Source: Escherichia phage vB_EcoM-VpaE1. Taken from it: DNA of 64,000 nucleotides. Position numbers and translations under genes: made by a program. Position 1 is the first letter of the stretch. Each line of letters begins with the position of its first letter. Under the pieces are notes generated by a model that made no database searches, was not told where the DNA came from, and worked only from the letters and a program-made list of their open reading frames with translations. Where the stretch lies: the sequence record KM657822. The stretch is one strand, 5' to 3'. This document shows positions 45,537 to 54,252 of this stretch, piece after piece.

Positions 45537-46394
45537 ATGTCTAAAGTTGTTAAAATGAAAGCTCCGGTAGAGAAGTACAATGGTACTGAACGTCAAACTC
45601 TGCGTTACCTTCTGAAAGATGTTTGGTTTTATTACCTGAACACTTCACCACGTCCGGGAAAAGGTAAATCCATTGATAAGAAATTCCCAGGCAAAGACTG
45701 CAACTACAGTGTTTCAATTCTGGCAGAAGATGGTAACAAGCTGTTTAAAGAGTTTACTAAGTCTAAGAAAAACCCAGAAGGTTGGGATAAAGTTACTACT
45801 GAAGCAGTTGATGCAGATGACTTCGAAGAGAAGTTTGGTTGTAAACCACCTTTTGAAGCAGACACTTACTACATCTTGAAAGTAAGTCGTGCAGCAGCTT
45901 ATAAAGATGGTGCTGTGTGGACAGCTAAACAGTCATTCCCTGTAATGCTGATTGAAGAAGTAAATGGTAAGCGTGTAGCTGTTAAACAGCCGATGAAGAA
46001 AATCAAAGCTCAAGCATCTGACAAACATGAAGATGACAAGAACTATGATGTAATTCATCCAGATATTGCAGTTGGTAACGGTTCTTTTGGTAGTGTGATT
46101 CTTTCTACTCACTTCTACACTTTTGAGAACAATGTTCTGACAAAACCTATTCAGGAACAGTTTATCATCGATATTCTTGTACCTTACACTGGTGGTAATG
46201 GTGCTAATGGTGAACCTGAACTGGATGAAGATGAACTGGCTATGCTTGGTCTTGATGGTGTCGAAGATAACGGTGAAATCACTGAAGAAGACGCAACAGA
46301 CCATAAATCTTCGAATGATTCTGATGATGGCGATGACGAAGATTTGCCAGACCCAGATGACGAAGAAGATGAAGACTTCGATACAGAAGACTAA
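45537..46394 (+). CDS. single-stranded DNA-binding protein (gp2.5-like, acidic tail)
   Basis: 285 aa with acidic C-terminus (...DGDDEDLPDPDDEEDEDFDTED). Confidence 0.5.
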   Translation: MSKVVKMKAPVEKYNGTERQTLRYLLKDVWFYYLNTSPRPGKGKSIDKKFPGKDCNYSVSILAEDGNKLFKEFTKSKKNPEGWDKVTTEAVDADDFEEKFGCKPPFEADTYYILKVSRAAAYKDGAVWTAKQSFPVMLIEEVNGKRVAVKQPMKKIKAQASDKHEDDKNYDVIHPDIAVGNGSFGSVILSTHFYTFENNVLTKPIQEQFIIDILVPYTGGNGANGEPELDEDELAMLGLDGVEDNGEITEEDATDHKSSNDSDDGDDEDLPDPDDEEDEDFDTED

Positions 46395-46413
46395 TCTCTA
46401 AAAGTTACTTTAA

Positions 46414-46441
46414 AGCCCTGTACTTAGTATGGGGCTTTTTC
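46414..46441 (+). terminator. rho-independent terminator
   Basis: AGCCC-tgtacttagtatg-GGGCT followed by TTTTT. Confidence 0.4.
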
Positions 46442-46456
46442 ATATGGAGAGCCATA

Positions 46457-47503
46457 ATGGAGAAGTACACATTAACAAAGCTTCCCGATTCAGTTACACA
46501 TGTCTTTATTGACTCTGACAGTATTGCCTATAAAGGTGCTTGTGTAGTTGAGAAAGCAAAATATAAATACGTCAATAAACTCACAGCAGAAGAATCTGAA
46601 CCATTTGATAATGCAAAAGATGCTGCAAGATGGTTAGCAGACCAGAGAATCCTTGTGGAAGAACTTGGCCTGACATTTGATGAAGATGAATGGGAAAGAC
46701 AGACTTGGAAAGAAGCTAAGAGTGAAAAAGAAGCTATCATGGCTACTCAACAGGTTCTTCAGGAATGGCTTAAGGTGGTTGGTAAAGAGAGAACTTGGGT
46801 AGGTTATTTAACAGAGAAAGGTGTACATAAGCATAAAGACATTAAAGGTCTTGAGCACCAATATCAAGGTAACCGCAAAGATGCTGTCACACCAACACAC
46901 TTAGTTGCTTGTCGCGAGTATCTTCTGTCAAGACCAGAGTTCAAATTGATTCTTGATGGATTTGAAGCTGACTCTATCGTTATTGCTAAAGCTGAAAAAA
47001 TGGGAAAAAAGGCTGCCTTAATGAGTATTGATAAAGACCTTCGCCAAGCTGAAGGGACTTACTGCATTGATATGACCTATGAAAAGTCACCTTTGATTTT
47101 CATTGCTGACAACAACGTAGGTGAAATTTGGGATTGCCCAATAAAATCGACACCAAAAGCTAAGAAGACAGTTGGGGTAGGTTTTAAATTTCTTTGCTAT
47201 CAAGCCGTGGCTGGTGATAATGCGGATAATTATTTTGGCTTAAAGGGTGTTGGCAAGGTTACTATAATGAAAGCCCTTGAGGGTAAAACTACTTACAAAG
47301 AGTGTCTTGATGCAATTTATGAGCTTTATGCTAAGAAAGAGTCATACACTTATGTCTCGTGGGATGGTCAAACAATTACCAGAACACCTTTAGAGTTAAT
47401 GCAGCAACACTTTTTCTTAGCTTATCAGGAAAGAAACAAGAAAGACGATTTCACTTTTGATAAGTATGGGTGGACACCAAATGTTAACTCAACAAACTCT
47501 TAA
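46457..47503 (+). CDS. 5'-3' exonuclease / flap endonuclease (T4 RNase H-like)
   Basis: N-terminal acidic cluster VFIDSDSIAY, central SIDKDLRQ, helix-hairpin-helix-like AGDNADNYFGLKGVG. Confidence 0.6.
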   Translation: MEKYTLTKLPDSVTHVFIDSDSIAYKGACVVEKAKYKYVNKLTAEESEPFDNAKDAARWLADQRILVEELGLTFDEDEWERQTWKEAKSEKEAIMATQQVLQEWLKVVGKERTWVGYLTEKGVHKHKDIKGLEHQYQGNRKDAVTPTHLVACREYLLSRPEFKLILDGFEADSIVIAKAEKMGKKAALMSIDKDLRQAEGTYCIDMTYEKSPLIFIADNNVGEIWDCPIKSTPKAKKTVGVGFKFLCYQAVAGDNADNYFGLKGVGKVTIMKALEGKTTYKECLDAIYELYAKKESYTYVSWDGQTITRTPLELMQQHFFLAYQERNKKDDFTFDKYGWTPNVNSTNS

Positions 47504-47972
47504 AGAATACCTGCACTATGACCCCGAAACAGGGGTCTTTACTTGGATTAAGAAGTCTGCTAGACACACAAAAATTGGCTCTGTTGCAGGTACAAACTTA
47601 AGAGGGTACACCAGAATTTATTTGTTTGGTAAGGGCTATTATGCACATACCCTAGCTGTTCTGTATATGGATGGATACCTACCTGAGTGTGTTGACCATA
47701 AAAATCATGTAACACTAGACAATCGCTGGGTAAATCTTAGGGCATGTACGTTATCAGAGAACCAATGTAATAGGTTGCTCAATAAGAACAATAAATCAGG
47801 TGTTAAGGGTGTGTACTACAAAAAACAGTATGGTAAGTGGTCTACACAGATAACTTTTAAGAAGAGGGTTTACTTCTTCGGCTACTATGACACTATTGAT
47901 GAAGCAGCAGAGGTTGTAAATAGGGAACGCCAACGTTTACACAAAGAGTTTGCTAATAAAGGTGATGAATGA
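47457..47972 (+). CDS. HNH homing endonuclease with AP2-like domain
   Basis: HNH core CVDHKNHVTLDNRWVNLR...ENQCN then AP2-like SGVKGVYYKKQYGKWSTQITF. Confidence 0.7.
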   Translation: MISMGGHQMLTQQTLKEYLHYDPETGVFTWIKKSARHTKIGSVAGTNLRGYTRIYLFGKGYYAHTLAVLYMDGYLPECVDHKNHVTLDNRWVNLRACTLSENQCNRLLNKNNKSGVKGVYYKKQYGKWSTQITFKKRVYFFGYYDTIDEAAEVVNRERQRLHKEFANKGDE

Positions 47973-48469
47973 GAAAAATAAAAGGTTTTGGCAATTGCCC
48001 TGAATATGGACATTGGGTTTCACTATGTGGTGAAGTTGACCCAGCAAAGCACTTTGGTTTTGTCTACCTAGTGTACTGCAAAAAGACTGGACAGTACTAT
48101 TTGGGTAAGAAACAGCTTAATAGTGTGACCAAAAGAAAAGTTGCTGGCAAGACTCGGAAGAAGGTAGTCACTAAGGAAAGTGATTGGATGACTTATGAGA
48201 CTTCTTCTGAGTATATTAAAAAAGATATTGAGAGCTTTGGAAAAGAATTTTTTGACTTTTACATTATTCAGACCTACTACACAAAAGGTGGCCTAGTTTA
48301 TGGTGAAGCAAACCTTCAACATAAGTTCGATGTAATGACAAAAAGGATTGACTCGAAGCTCAGACTCTTCTACAATGCCAATATTGCAGCAATTAAGTTT
48401 ATTACTAAAGAAACTTATGAAGATGCTGAAAAAAGAATCCATAAGGTAATGAAAGCAAATTGTGCTTGA
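47969..48469 (+). CDS. hypothetical protein, possible GIY-YIG-like nuclease
   Basis: GFVYLVYCKKTGQYYLGKK loosely fits the GIY...YIG spacing; weak. Confidence 0.3.
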   Translation: MRKIKGFGNCPEYGHWVSLCGEVDPAKHFGFVYLVYCKKTGQYYLGKKQLNSVTKRKVAGKTRKKVVTKESDWMTYETSSEYIKKDIESFGKEFFDFYIIQTYYTKGGLVYGEANLQHKFDVMTKRIDSKLRLFYNANIAAIKFITKETYEDAEKRIHKVMKANCA

Positions 48470-48475
48470 TAACTA

Positions 48476-48739
48476 TTGAGAGAGAGTAAAATGTTTAACA
48501 AAAGCAAAGCTGTGAGTCATGTAGCAAAAGTTGACAGCAAGATTGAAGAACTTGAGCGCATTCTTGCAAATGCTAAAGAGTCAATAATTAAAGAAGTTGA
48601 AGCTGTTGAATCTCAAATGCAGCACCTCATGCTTAAACGCCAAGAGCTACGTGAGCATCTAGAATATATTGAAACACGAGAGCTAAAAGTTAACAGATAT
48701 TTTAAGGAGTCCGAATGTTTAACTCAAGAGAATCAGTAA
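48476..48739 (+). CDS. hypothetical coiled-coil protein
   Basis: 87 aa, helical heptad-rich. Confidence 0.35.
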   Translation: MRESKMFNKSKAVSHVAKVDSKIEELERILANAKESIIKEVEAVESQMQHLMLKRQELREHLEYIETRELKVNRYFKESECLTQENQ

Positions 48740-49470
48740 AAAACTGGAACCTTCGTTGTGGAAACACTCAAAAGCAACCTTACAGTAATGAGTATTGGGA
48801 ATCTTTAAAATCTCAATCTCTGTGTATGCTTGAAGAAGCAAAAGAGCTTGTAAAAGCAATTGAAGAGAAAGACCCCATTGAGACACTGGATGCTCAGGCA
48901 GATTTGCAATATGTTCTTGACGGTTTGATTTACCTGTCACAACATGACCACAATGGTGCTATGAAAGCTGTTTGCCATAATAATGACCTGAAGTACACAG
49001 ATGACTATGAAGAAGCTTTAAAACGTCTTGCAGACATTGAAAATCGTACTGGTCAAGAGTGTGTTATCAGAATGTCAGTAGTTGATGGTAAAGAGTGGTA
49101 TGCGATTGTCCGTGCAGCCGATGGGAAGATTATGAAGCAATCAAATCTCCCTAAAGTACAGCTTGGTGAATACATTGTAGAACTTGAAAGCCAAGAACTT
49201 TTTGTGGTAGTATCTGAGACATGCGTTATCTGCAAAGGTATTGTAGGTAGCTTAAAGGATTTGGGTGTAGATGGTTTTGTAGAAGTTAATCCAATTACCT
49301 CTAAAGCAGATAAAGACTTCTGTAAAGAGAATGGACTATGGATTGCAGATATTATCTACTATGATGGTGAGCAGTTCCATGTAACCTCATACCCGAAACT
49401 GAATTATGATGCTAATAACCTGAAGTGCTGGTTAAAAGGGGTTGGTTATAATGGATTCACAGAACATTAA
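48715..49470 (+). CDS. MazG-like nucleotide pyrophosphohydrolase domain protein
   Basis: EEAKELVKAI ... ETLDAQADLQYVL resembles MazG EExxE...ExxD; extra ~140 aa C-terminal domain. Confidence 0.45.
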   Translation: MFNSRESVKNWNLRCGNTQKQPYSNEYWESLKSQSLCMLEEAKELVKAIEEKDPIETLDAQADLQYVLDGLIYLSQHDHNGAMKAVCHNNDLKYTDDYEEALKRLADIENRTGQECVIRMSVVDGKEWYAIVRAADGKIMKQSNLPKVQLGEYIVELESQELFVVVSETCVICKGIVGSLKDLGVDGFVEVNPITSKADKDFCKENGLWIADIIYYDGEQFHVTSYPKLNYDANNLKCWLKGVGYNGFTEH

Positions 49471-49774
49471 TAAAGAGGGTGTGGCTCAGAAGAGCCACTT
49501 CTCAAACTACAATATTTCTATGACGGTGTTTATGAATGACCCGTTACTTGAAAAGTATGGTGAGACTCCAGATACACTTCTGGATAATGAACAAGTTTTA
49601 AAAGCAGTCCTGTACAAATATGGGATTGATATTGAGAAAGAGTATTCTTTTGAAATCTGTCAACACAGGAATACTTTCGGTAAAGTTGTAATGGCTCCAC
49701 TCTTCATGGGTGTAGAAAGAACTGACTATGGTTGGTTATATCTAAAAAGAAACTTGGAGAAATACCGTGTCTAA
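49442..49774 (+). CDS. hypothetical protein
   Basis: 110 aa ORF. Confidence 0.3.
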   Translation: MVIMDSQNINKEGVAQKSHFSNYNISMTVFMNDPLLEKYGETPDTLLDNEQVLKAVLYKYGIDIEKEYSFEICQHRNTFGKVVMAPLFMGVERTDYGWLYLKRNLEKYRV

Positions 49775-50099
49775 AGCAAAAAAGCTATCTTATGATGACA
49801 TTATCTCAGGTGCTAAATTAGGTGTTGATAGTATCGGACAAGATGTTAAGCACGGGGACACAGTTATGTACTGTGATGACCGAAGAGGCAGAAGTGCAAT
49901 CTTGTTTGGGAGAATTGTTTGCAAGATGCGAGGTAATTACGTTGTTGAAGACATGAATGTGGATGTCACAAAACAGCTTGAAATAATTATGAACAATAAT
50001 ATATCATGGTTCGTCAATTGTATGCACACTTCATCAGTCACAAAGGTAAGTGATAAGTTTTACGATATGTGGCAGAACGAGCAAATTTTCAAGATTTAA
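49767..50099 (+). CDS. hypothetical protein
   Basis: 110 aa ORF followed by terminator. Confidence 0.35.
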   Translation: MSKAKKLSYDDIISGAKLGVDSIGQDVKHGDTVMYCDDRRGRSAILFGRIVCKMRGNYVVEDMNVDVTKQLEIIMNNNISWFVNCMHTSSVTKVSDKFYDMWQNEQIFKI

Positions 50100-50104
50100 A
50101 CTAG

Positions 50105-50128
50105 GGAGCCTCTTTGGAGGCTCTTTTC
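50105..50128 (+). terminator. rho-independent terminator
   Basis: GGAGCCTC-tttg-GAGGCTC followed by TTTTC. Confidence 0.5.
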
Positions 50129-50145
50129 ATCTGTAGGATTCGAAA

Positions 50146-52380
50146 ATGATTAAGACAATTAAAAAATCAAATGGTACAGTAGTAAGCTTTGACCCAGAAA
50201 GACTGAATAAGTGGGCATCATGGGCAGATAAGCGTGGAATCATCTGGTCAGAAGTCACTATGGAAGCCATGAAACGTGTCTATGAAGGTTGCACTACAAA
50301 AGAGATGCACCAAGCTATGATTGATGTTTGTGTTGATAAACAAACTCAAGAGTACTCAGACATGGCTGGGCGGCTACTTCTGGGGATTATCTACAAAGAA
50401 GCCTTTGGAGGCTTTACTAAGGTTCCTACGCTGGTTACCTTCGTTAAAAATATGGAGAGAGCAGGACTTTGGGAGAAGATGGACTATTCTCAGGAAGAGC
50501 TTGAATATCTGCAAGGGTACATTGTGCACTCAAAAGATATCTCTTACGGTTATGCAGTCCTGAAACAGTTCAGAGACAAGTATGGTATCCGTGATATTAA
50601 AACGGGAAGACTTTTTGAGTCACCACAATTTATGTTTATGGGTATGGCTATGAAAGCCTTCGAGAAGCAACCAAAGCACCGTAGACTGCAAGATGTTATC
50701 AAGCTGTACACTTACTTATCTGACCTGAAGATTAACGCTCCTACGCCTTATCTGAATGGCTTAAGAGCTACTAAATCAGGTTATGCGTCATGCTGTTTGA
50801 TTAAGGCGAATGATACTGCTGAATCTCTAGGTATTGCTGCAAAGGTTGCCTATGACATGACCACAAAGCAAGCTGGTATTGGTATGCTGATGGAGACTCG
50901 CACTATTGGTGATGGTATCCGTCAAAACACTATTGAGCACATGGGTAAACTGCCTTATTACAAGCTTGTACGCTCATCTGTAGAGGCAAACAAACAGAAG
51001 AGTCGTGGTGGTTCAGCTAACAACTTCTACACTGCTCTAGACCCGCAGATTGAAGATTTACTACGTTTGAAGCACCCTACAACGGTTCCTTCTAAACGTA
51101 TTAACGAGATGGACTACTCATTTGGTACAAATGATTATTTCTGGCAGTGTGTCCAGTATGATACAGATTGGTTGCTATTCTCTTACAAAGATGCACCAAA
51201 ACTCTATGACATGTTCTACACAGCATCTGCTGATGAGTTTGCTATGGCAGTTGGTCACGCAGTACATTCAGGAGTTAAGCACAGACGAGTCAAGGCTCGT
51301 GAAATTGCTAAGCTGTTTATTCAACAGCGTTATGCTACAGGTCGTGTGTATCCATTCTTCACTAACAACGCAAACACACATACACCATTTAAAGAACCAT
51401 TGAAGATGTCAAATCTTTGTATGGAAATTGTGTTGCCAGTGTATGGTTTTGAGAAAGAGACAGACCTTTACAGAGACGATGCTGTGAAAGAGGATGGTGA
51501 GGTGGCTCTTTGCTTCCTAGCTAGTTTGGTTGCAGGGAGAATTTCAGAAGATGAATACGCTGACGTTGCTTATTATGCTCTTGCAATGGTTGACTCCGTT
51601 ATTGACCTTATGGATTATCCGTATCCGTCGATGCGTAACCATGTTCAGAAGCGTCGTTCTGTTGGGATTGGCCTTACAAATGTGGCTCATTACCTTGCGA
51701 AGAACTACGTGAACTACTCTTCACGAGCAGGTAAAACGAAACTTCATGAACTTGCAGAGATGCACTCTTACTATCTGCATGAAGCCTCGCTGAGACTTGC
51801 TAAAGAGCGTGGCGTTCCAGAGTACATGAAGTTCACTAAGTATCCTGAAGGCTGGGTTCCTCCAAAGACAGCTAACAAGAAGATTGATGAGAAGCATGAT
51901 GCAAAACTAAGATATGATTGGGATGACTTAGCACAACGTATCAAAGAAAACGGTGGCATCCGAAACTCTGTACTTGAGGCTTATATGCCTAATGAGAGTT
52001 CTTCACTGGCAACTAATACGACAAATGGCTTGTACCCAATTCGTGACTTTATTTTAACTAAAAAGTCTGCAACTGGTAACGTGCTGTTTATTGTTCCAGA
52101 TTATGAAGAGTTGAAGTATGTATATGAAATTGCTTGGGGTATTGACACCTTTGACCTGATTGATTGTTATGCAATTGTTCAAAAGTTCACTGGTCAAGCT
52201 ATCTCTTCAGATTTCTATGTTGACTACGCAAAAGCTAAGAAGGTATCATTGGCTCAAGCTTTGAAGTACATGATTTATGCCAACTCGGTAGGTATGAAAA
52301 CCATGTACTACCTTAACAGTCGCATTGGTGTAGGTAAATCTGCACTGCAAGATGCTTATTGCGAGGGTTGTGGTGTTTAG
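50146..52380 (+). CDS. nrdA: ribonucleoside-diphosphate reductase alpha subunit (class I)
   Basis: N-terminal ATP-cone-like segment, active-site NLCMEI, C-terminal CEGCGV. Confidence 0.85.
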   Translation: MIKTIKKSNGTVVSFDPERLNKWASWADKRGIIWSEVTMEAMKRVYEGCTTKEMHQAMIDVCVDKQTQEYSDMAGRLLLGIIYKEAFGGFTKVPTLVTFVKNMERAGLWEKMDYSQEELEYLQGYIVHSKDISYGYAVLKQFRDKYGIRDIKTGRLFESPQFMFMGMAMKAFEKQPKHRRLQDVIKLYTYLSDLKINAPTPYLNGLRATKSGYASCCLIKANDTAESLGIAAKVAYDMTTKQAGIGMLMETRTIGDGIRQNTIEHMGKLPYYKLVRSSVEANKQKSRGGSANNFYTALDPQIEDLLRLKHPTTVPSKRINEMDYSFGTNDYFWQCVQYDTDWLLFSYKDAPKLYDMFYTASADEFAMAVGHAVHSGVKHRRVKAREIAKLFIQQRYATGRVYPFFTNNANTHTPFKEPLKMSNLCMEIVLPVYGFEKETDLYRDDAVKEDGEVALCFLASLVAGRISEDEYADVAYYALAMVDSVIDLMDYPYPSMRNHVQKRRSVGIGLTNVAHYLAKNYVNYSSRAGKTKLHELAEMHSYYLHEASLRLAKERGVPEYMKFTKYPEGWVPPKTANKKIDEKHDAKLRYDWDDLAQRIKENGGIRNSVLEAYMPNESSSLATNTTNGLYPIRDFILTKKSATGNVLFIVPDYEELKYVYEIAWGIDTFDLIDCYAIVQKFTGQAISSDFYVDYAKAKKVSLAQALKYMIYANSVGMKTMYYLNSRIGVGKSALQDAYCEGCGV

Positions 52381-52435
52381 TTTTAACAACTATGAGGGTC
52401 GTAAAAGACCCTCTAAAAATAACTTTGGAGAGACC

Positions 52436-52693
52436 ATGAAAGATTTAATAGAAAAACATGAACGACCTATATACTTGCTCCACAAGCCTCGGAAAACGAT
52501 GTACTATGTGAGTAGCACAGATATGATGATAAAACAAAAGGATGACTCATGGGTTGCTGGTATCTCTTACATCTCTACAGCAGATGGTAAAATCTACGCA
52601 AGACCTTATGAGATGTTTAACAAAGAGAATTGGGAAGTTTTAGACAGAAAACAAGCCTTAGAAATGATAAAGAAAGGAGAAATCACGCTATGA
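52436..52693 (+). CDS. hypothetical protein between nrdA and nrdB
   Basis: 85 aa from ATG 52436 behind GGAGAG; 4 nt overlap with nrdB start. Confidence 0.35.
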   Translation: MKDLIEKHERPIYLLHKPRKTMYYVSSTDMMIKQKDDSWVAGISYISTADGKIYARPYEMFNKENWEVLDRKQALEMIKKGEITL

Positions 52694-53763
52694 TTAACCA
52701 GCACCCAATCTTTTTAGGTGGTGAGAGAAAAACTTTTGACTCACTTAATAAACACTACCCAAAAATCTTTGAACTTTATAAACAACAAAAAGCACAAGAC
52801 TGGTCAGAAGATGAGTTCCCTTTTGAACAATCACGTCTTGATTTTGAGAGTGTCCCAGCATCAATGTCAGGCGTAATGCTTGAGATTCTTAAGTGGCAAT
52901 GGGAAGCAGATACTCAAGTTGCTAAGAGTTTGGCATTTGCCTTTGCACCCTTTATCTCTGATGACATCTATGCAACTGCAATTATGAAGCAGTCTGAGAT
53001 TGAAAATCTACATGCTCTTACTTACTCAGAGATTGTAAGACAATGTATTAAAAACCCTGAAACAATCTTAGACGAAATTAACCAGAATGTTGCTGTGCAA
53101 GACCGATTAAAAACTGTGAATCGTGTTCTTGAAGAATTACTGGATGAAGGTATAAACTATCGTCTGAGTTATGTGCGTGACTCACTTCTGGACAAAGACC
53201 CTTTACACTTCCATAAAGTGATTCTGAAAGGTCTATTTGCAGTGACTGCACTGGAAGGTATATCTTTTATGGCATCCTTTGCATGTACTTTTGCACTTGA
53301 TGCTCAAGATAAATTTCAGGGTATTGCTCAAGCTGTGCAGAAGATTATGCTTGATGAAATCCTTCACACTAAAATTGATATTGAAGTTTTAAAAGAAACT
53401 TTAAGAGATGATGAGTGGCAGAAAGCTTTTCAACAAATTCTTCCAGAGATTAAAGTAATCTTAGATGAAGTAGTTGAAAGTGAAGAGAAATGGTCGTATT
53501 ATATCTTCTCCGAAGGACGTGCTGTAGTTGGCTTAAATACAAAACTTCTTCATGAGTGGGTTTACTATAATGCCGCCCCACTGTATGATATGTTTGGCAT
53601 TCCCAGAGATTTTGTAGCTCCTAAAGAACCACCTTTGAAGTATATGATTAAGAAGATGGAAATTGATAAAGAGCAGAATGCTAATCAGGAGCAACAGAAC
53701 GGTGCGTACCTGTTGAATACTGTTGTAGATGATTTGAATAGTGGATTTTTAGAGGTTCCTTAA
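52690..53763 (+). CDS. nrdB: ribonucleoside-diphosphate reductase beta subunit (class I)
   Basis: 357 aa after nrdA; start MINQHPIFLGGE; His/Glu-containing helices consistent with a di-iron fold. Confidence 0.7.
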   Translation: MINQHPIFLGGERKTFDSLNKHYPKIFELYKQQKAQDWSEDEFPFEQSRLDFESVPASMSGVMLEILKWQWEADTQVAKSLAFAFAPFISDDIYATAIMKQSEIENLHALTYSEIVRQCIKNPETILDEINQNVAVQDRLKTVNRVLEELLDEGINYRLSYVRDSLLDKDPLHFHKVILKGLFAVTALEGISFMASFACTFALDAQDKFQGIAQAVQKIMLDEILHTKIDIEVLKETLRDDEWQKAFQQILPEIKVILDEVVESEEKWSYYIFSEGRAVVGLNTKLLHEWVYYNAAPLYDMFGIPRDFVAPKEPPLKYMIKKMEIDKEQNANQEQQNGAYLLNTVVDDLNSGFLEVP

Positions 53764-54005
53764 TGACTTATGTGATTTACTCCAAAACTGGATGCCCTCA
53801 GTGTGAGACTGCAAAGAATTTTGCAAAAGCTCGTGGTATTGACCATGTTGTGAGAATGTTAGGGCAGGATTATGAACTGTCAGACCTGATGGATATTGCA
53901 CAGATGCCAGTTCGTCAGATGCCATTCATCATGAAAACTGATGGACAAAACCTAAAACCTGTTGGAACGCTACAGAATTTTATGGCAGAGGTGAATAATG
54001 CTTAA
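53763..54005 (+). CDS. nrdH: glutaredoxin-like protein (NrdH/NrdC-like)
   Basis: 80 aa with N-terminal CPQC redox motif. Confidence 0.6.
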   Translation: MTYVIYSKTGCPQCETAKNFAKARGIDHVVRMLGQDYELSDLMDIAQMPVRQMPFIMKTDGQNLKPVGTLQNFMAEVNNA

Positions 54006-54204
54006 ACGCCTTTGGGAAGGTCTGGTTGTTGATGCACCAGCCATTGTGATTGGTATGCTTGTTGTTAACCTATTTACTGATTTTGAACAAGGTTCATTGT
54101 TTGGAGCCATGTTACTATGGGTTATCTTTGAAATATTAGAGATACAGTTAGGCATCACTGAAAAACTGAGAAAACTCGTTTCTAAGTTTTCTAAAAAGAT
54201 TTAA
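53998..54204 (+). CDS. small membrane protein
   Basis: 68 aa, two hydrophobic segments. Confidence 0.3.
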   Translation: MLKRLWEGLVVDAPAIVIGMLVVNLFTDFEQGSLFGAMLLWVIFEILEIQLGITEKLRKLVSKFSKKI

Positions 54205-54211
54205 AATGAAA

Positions 54212-54234
54212 GGGTCTCTTCGGAGACCTTTTTA
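54212..54234 (+). terminator. rho-independent terminator
   Basis: GGGTCTC-ttcg-GAGACC followed by TTTTT. Confidence 0.5.
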
Positions 54235-54252
54235 GCATGTAAAGGGGCAATA

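Noticed and set aside
52383-52412. Hairpin GAGGGTC-gtaaaa-GACCCTC after nrdA as a terminator
   Set aside because: Followed by A-rich rather than T-rich sequence and overlapped by the next ORF; more likely a stabilising or regulatory hairpin
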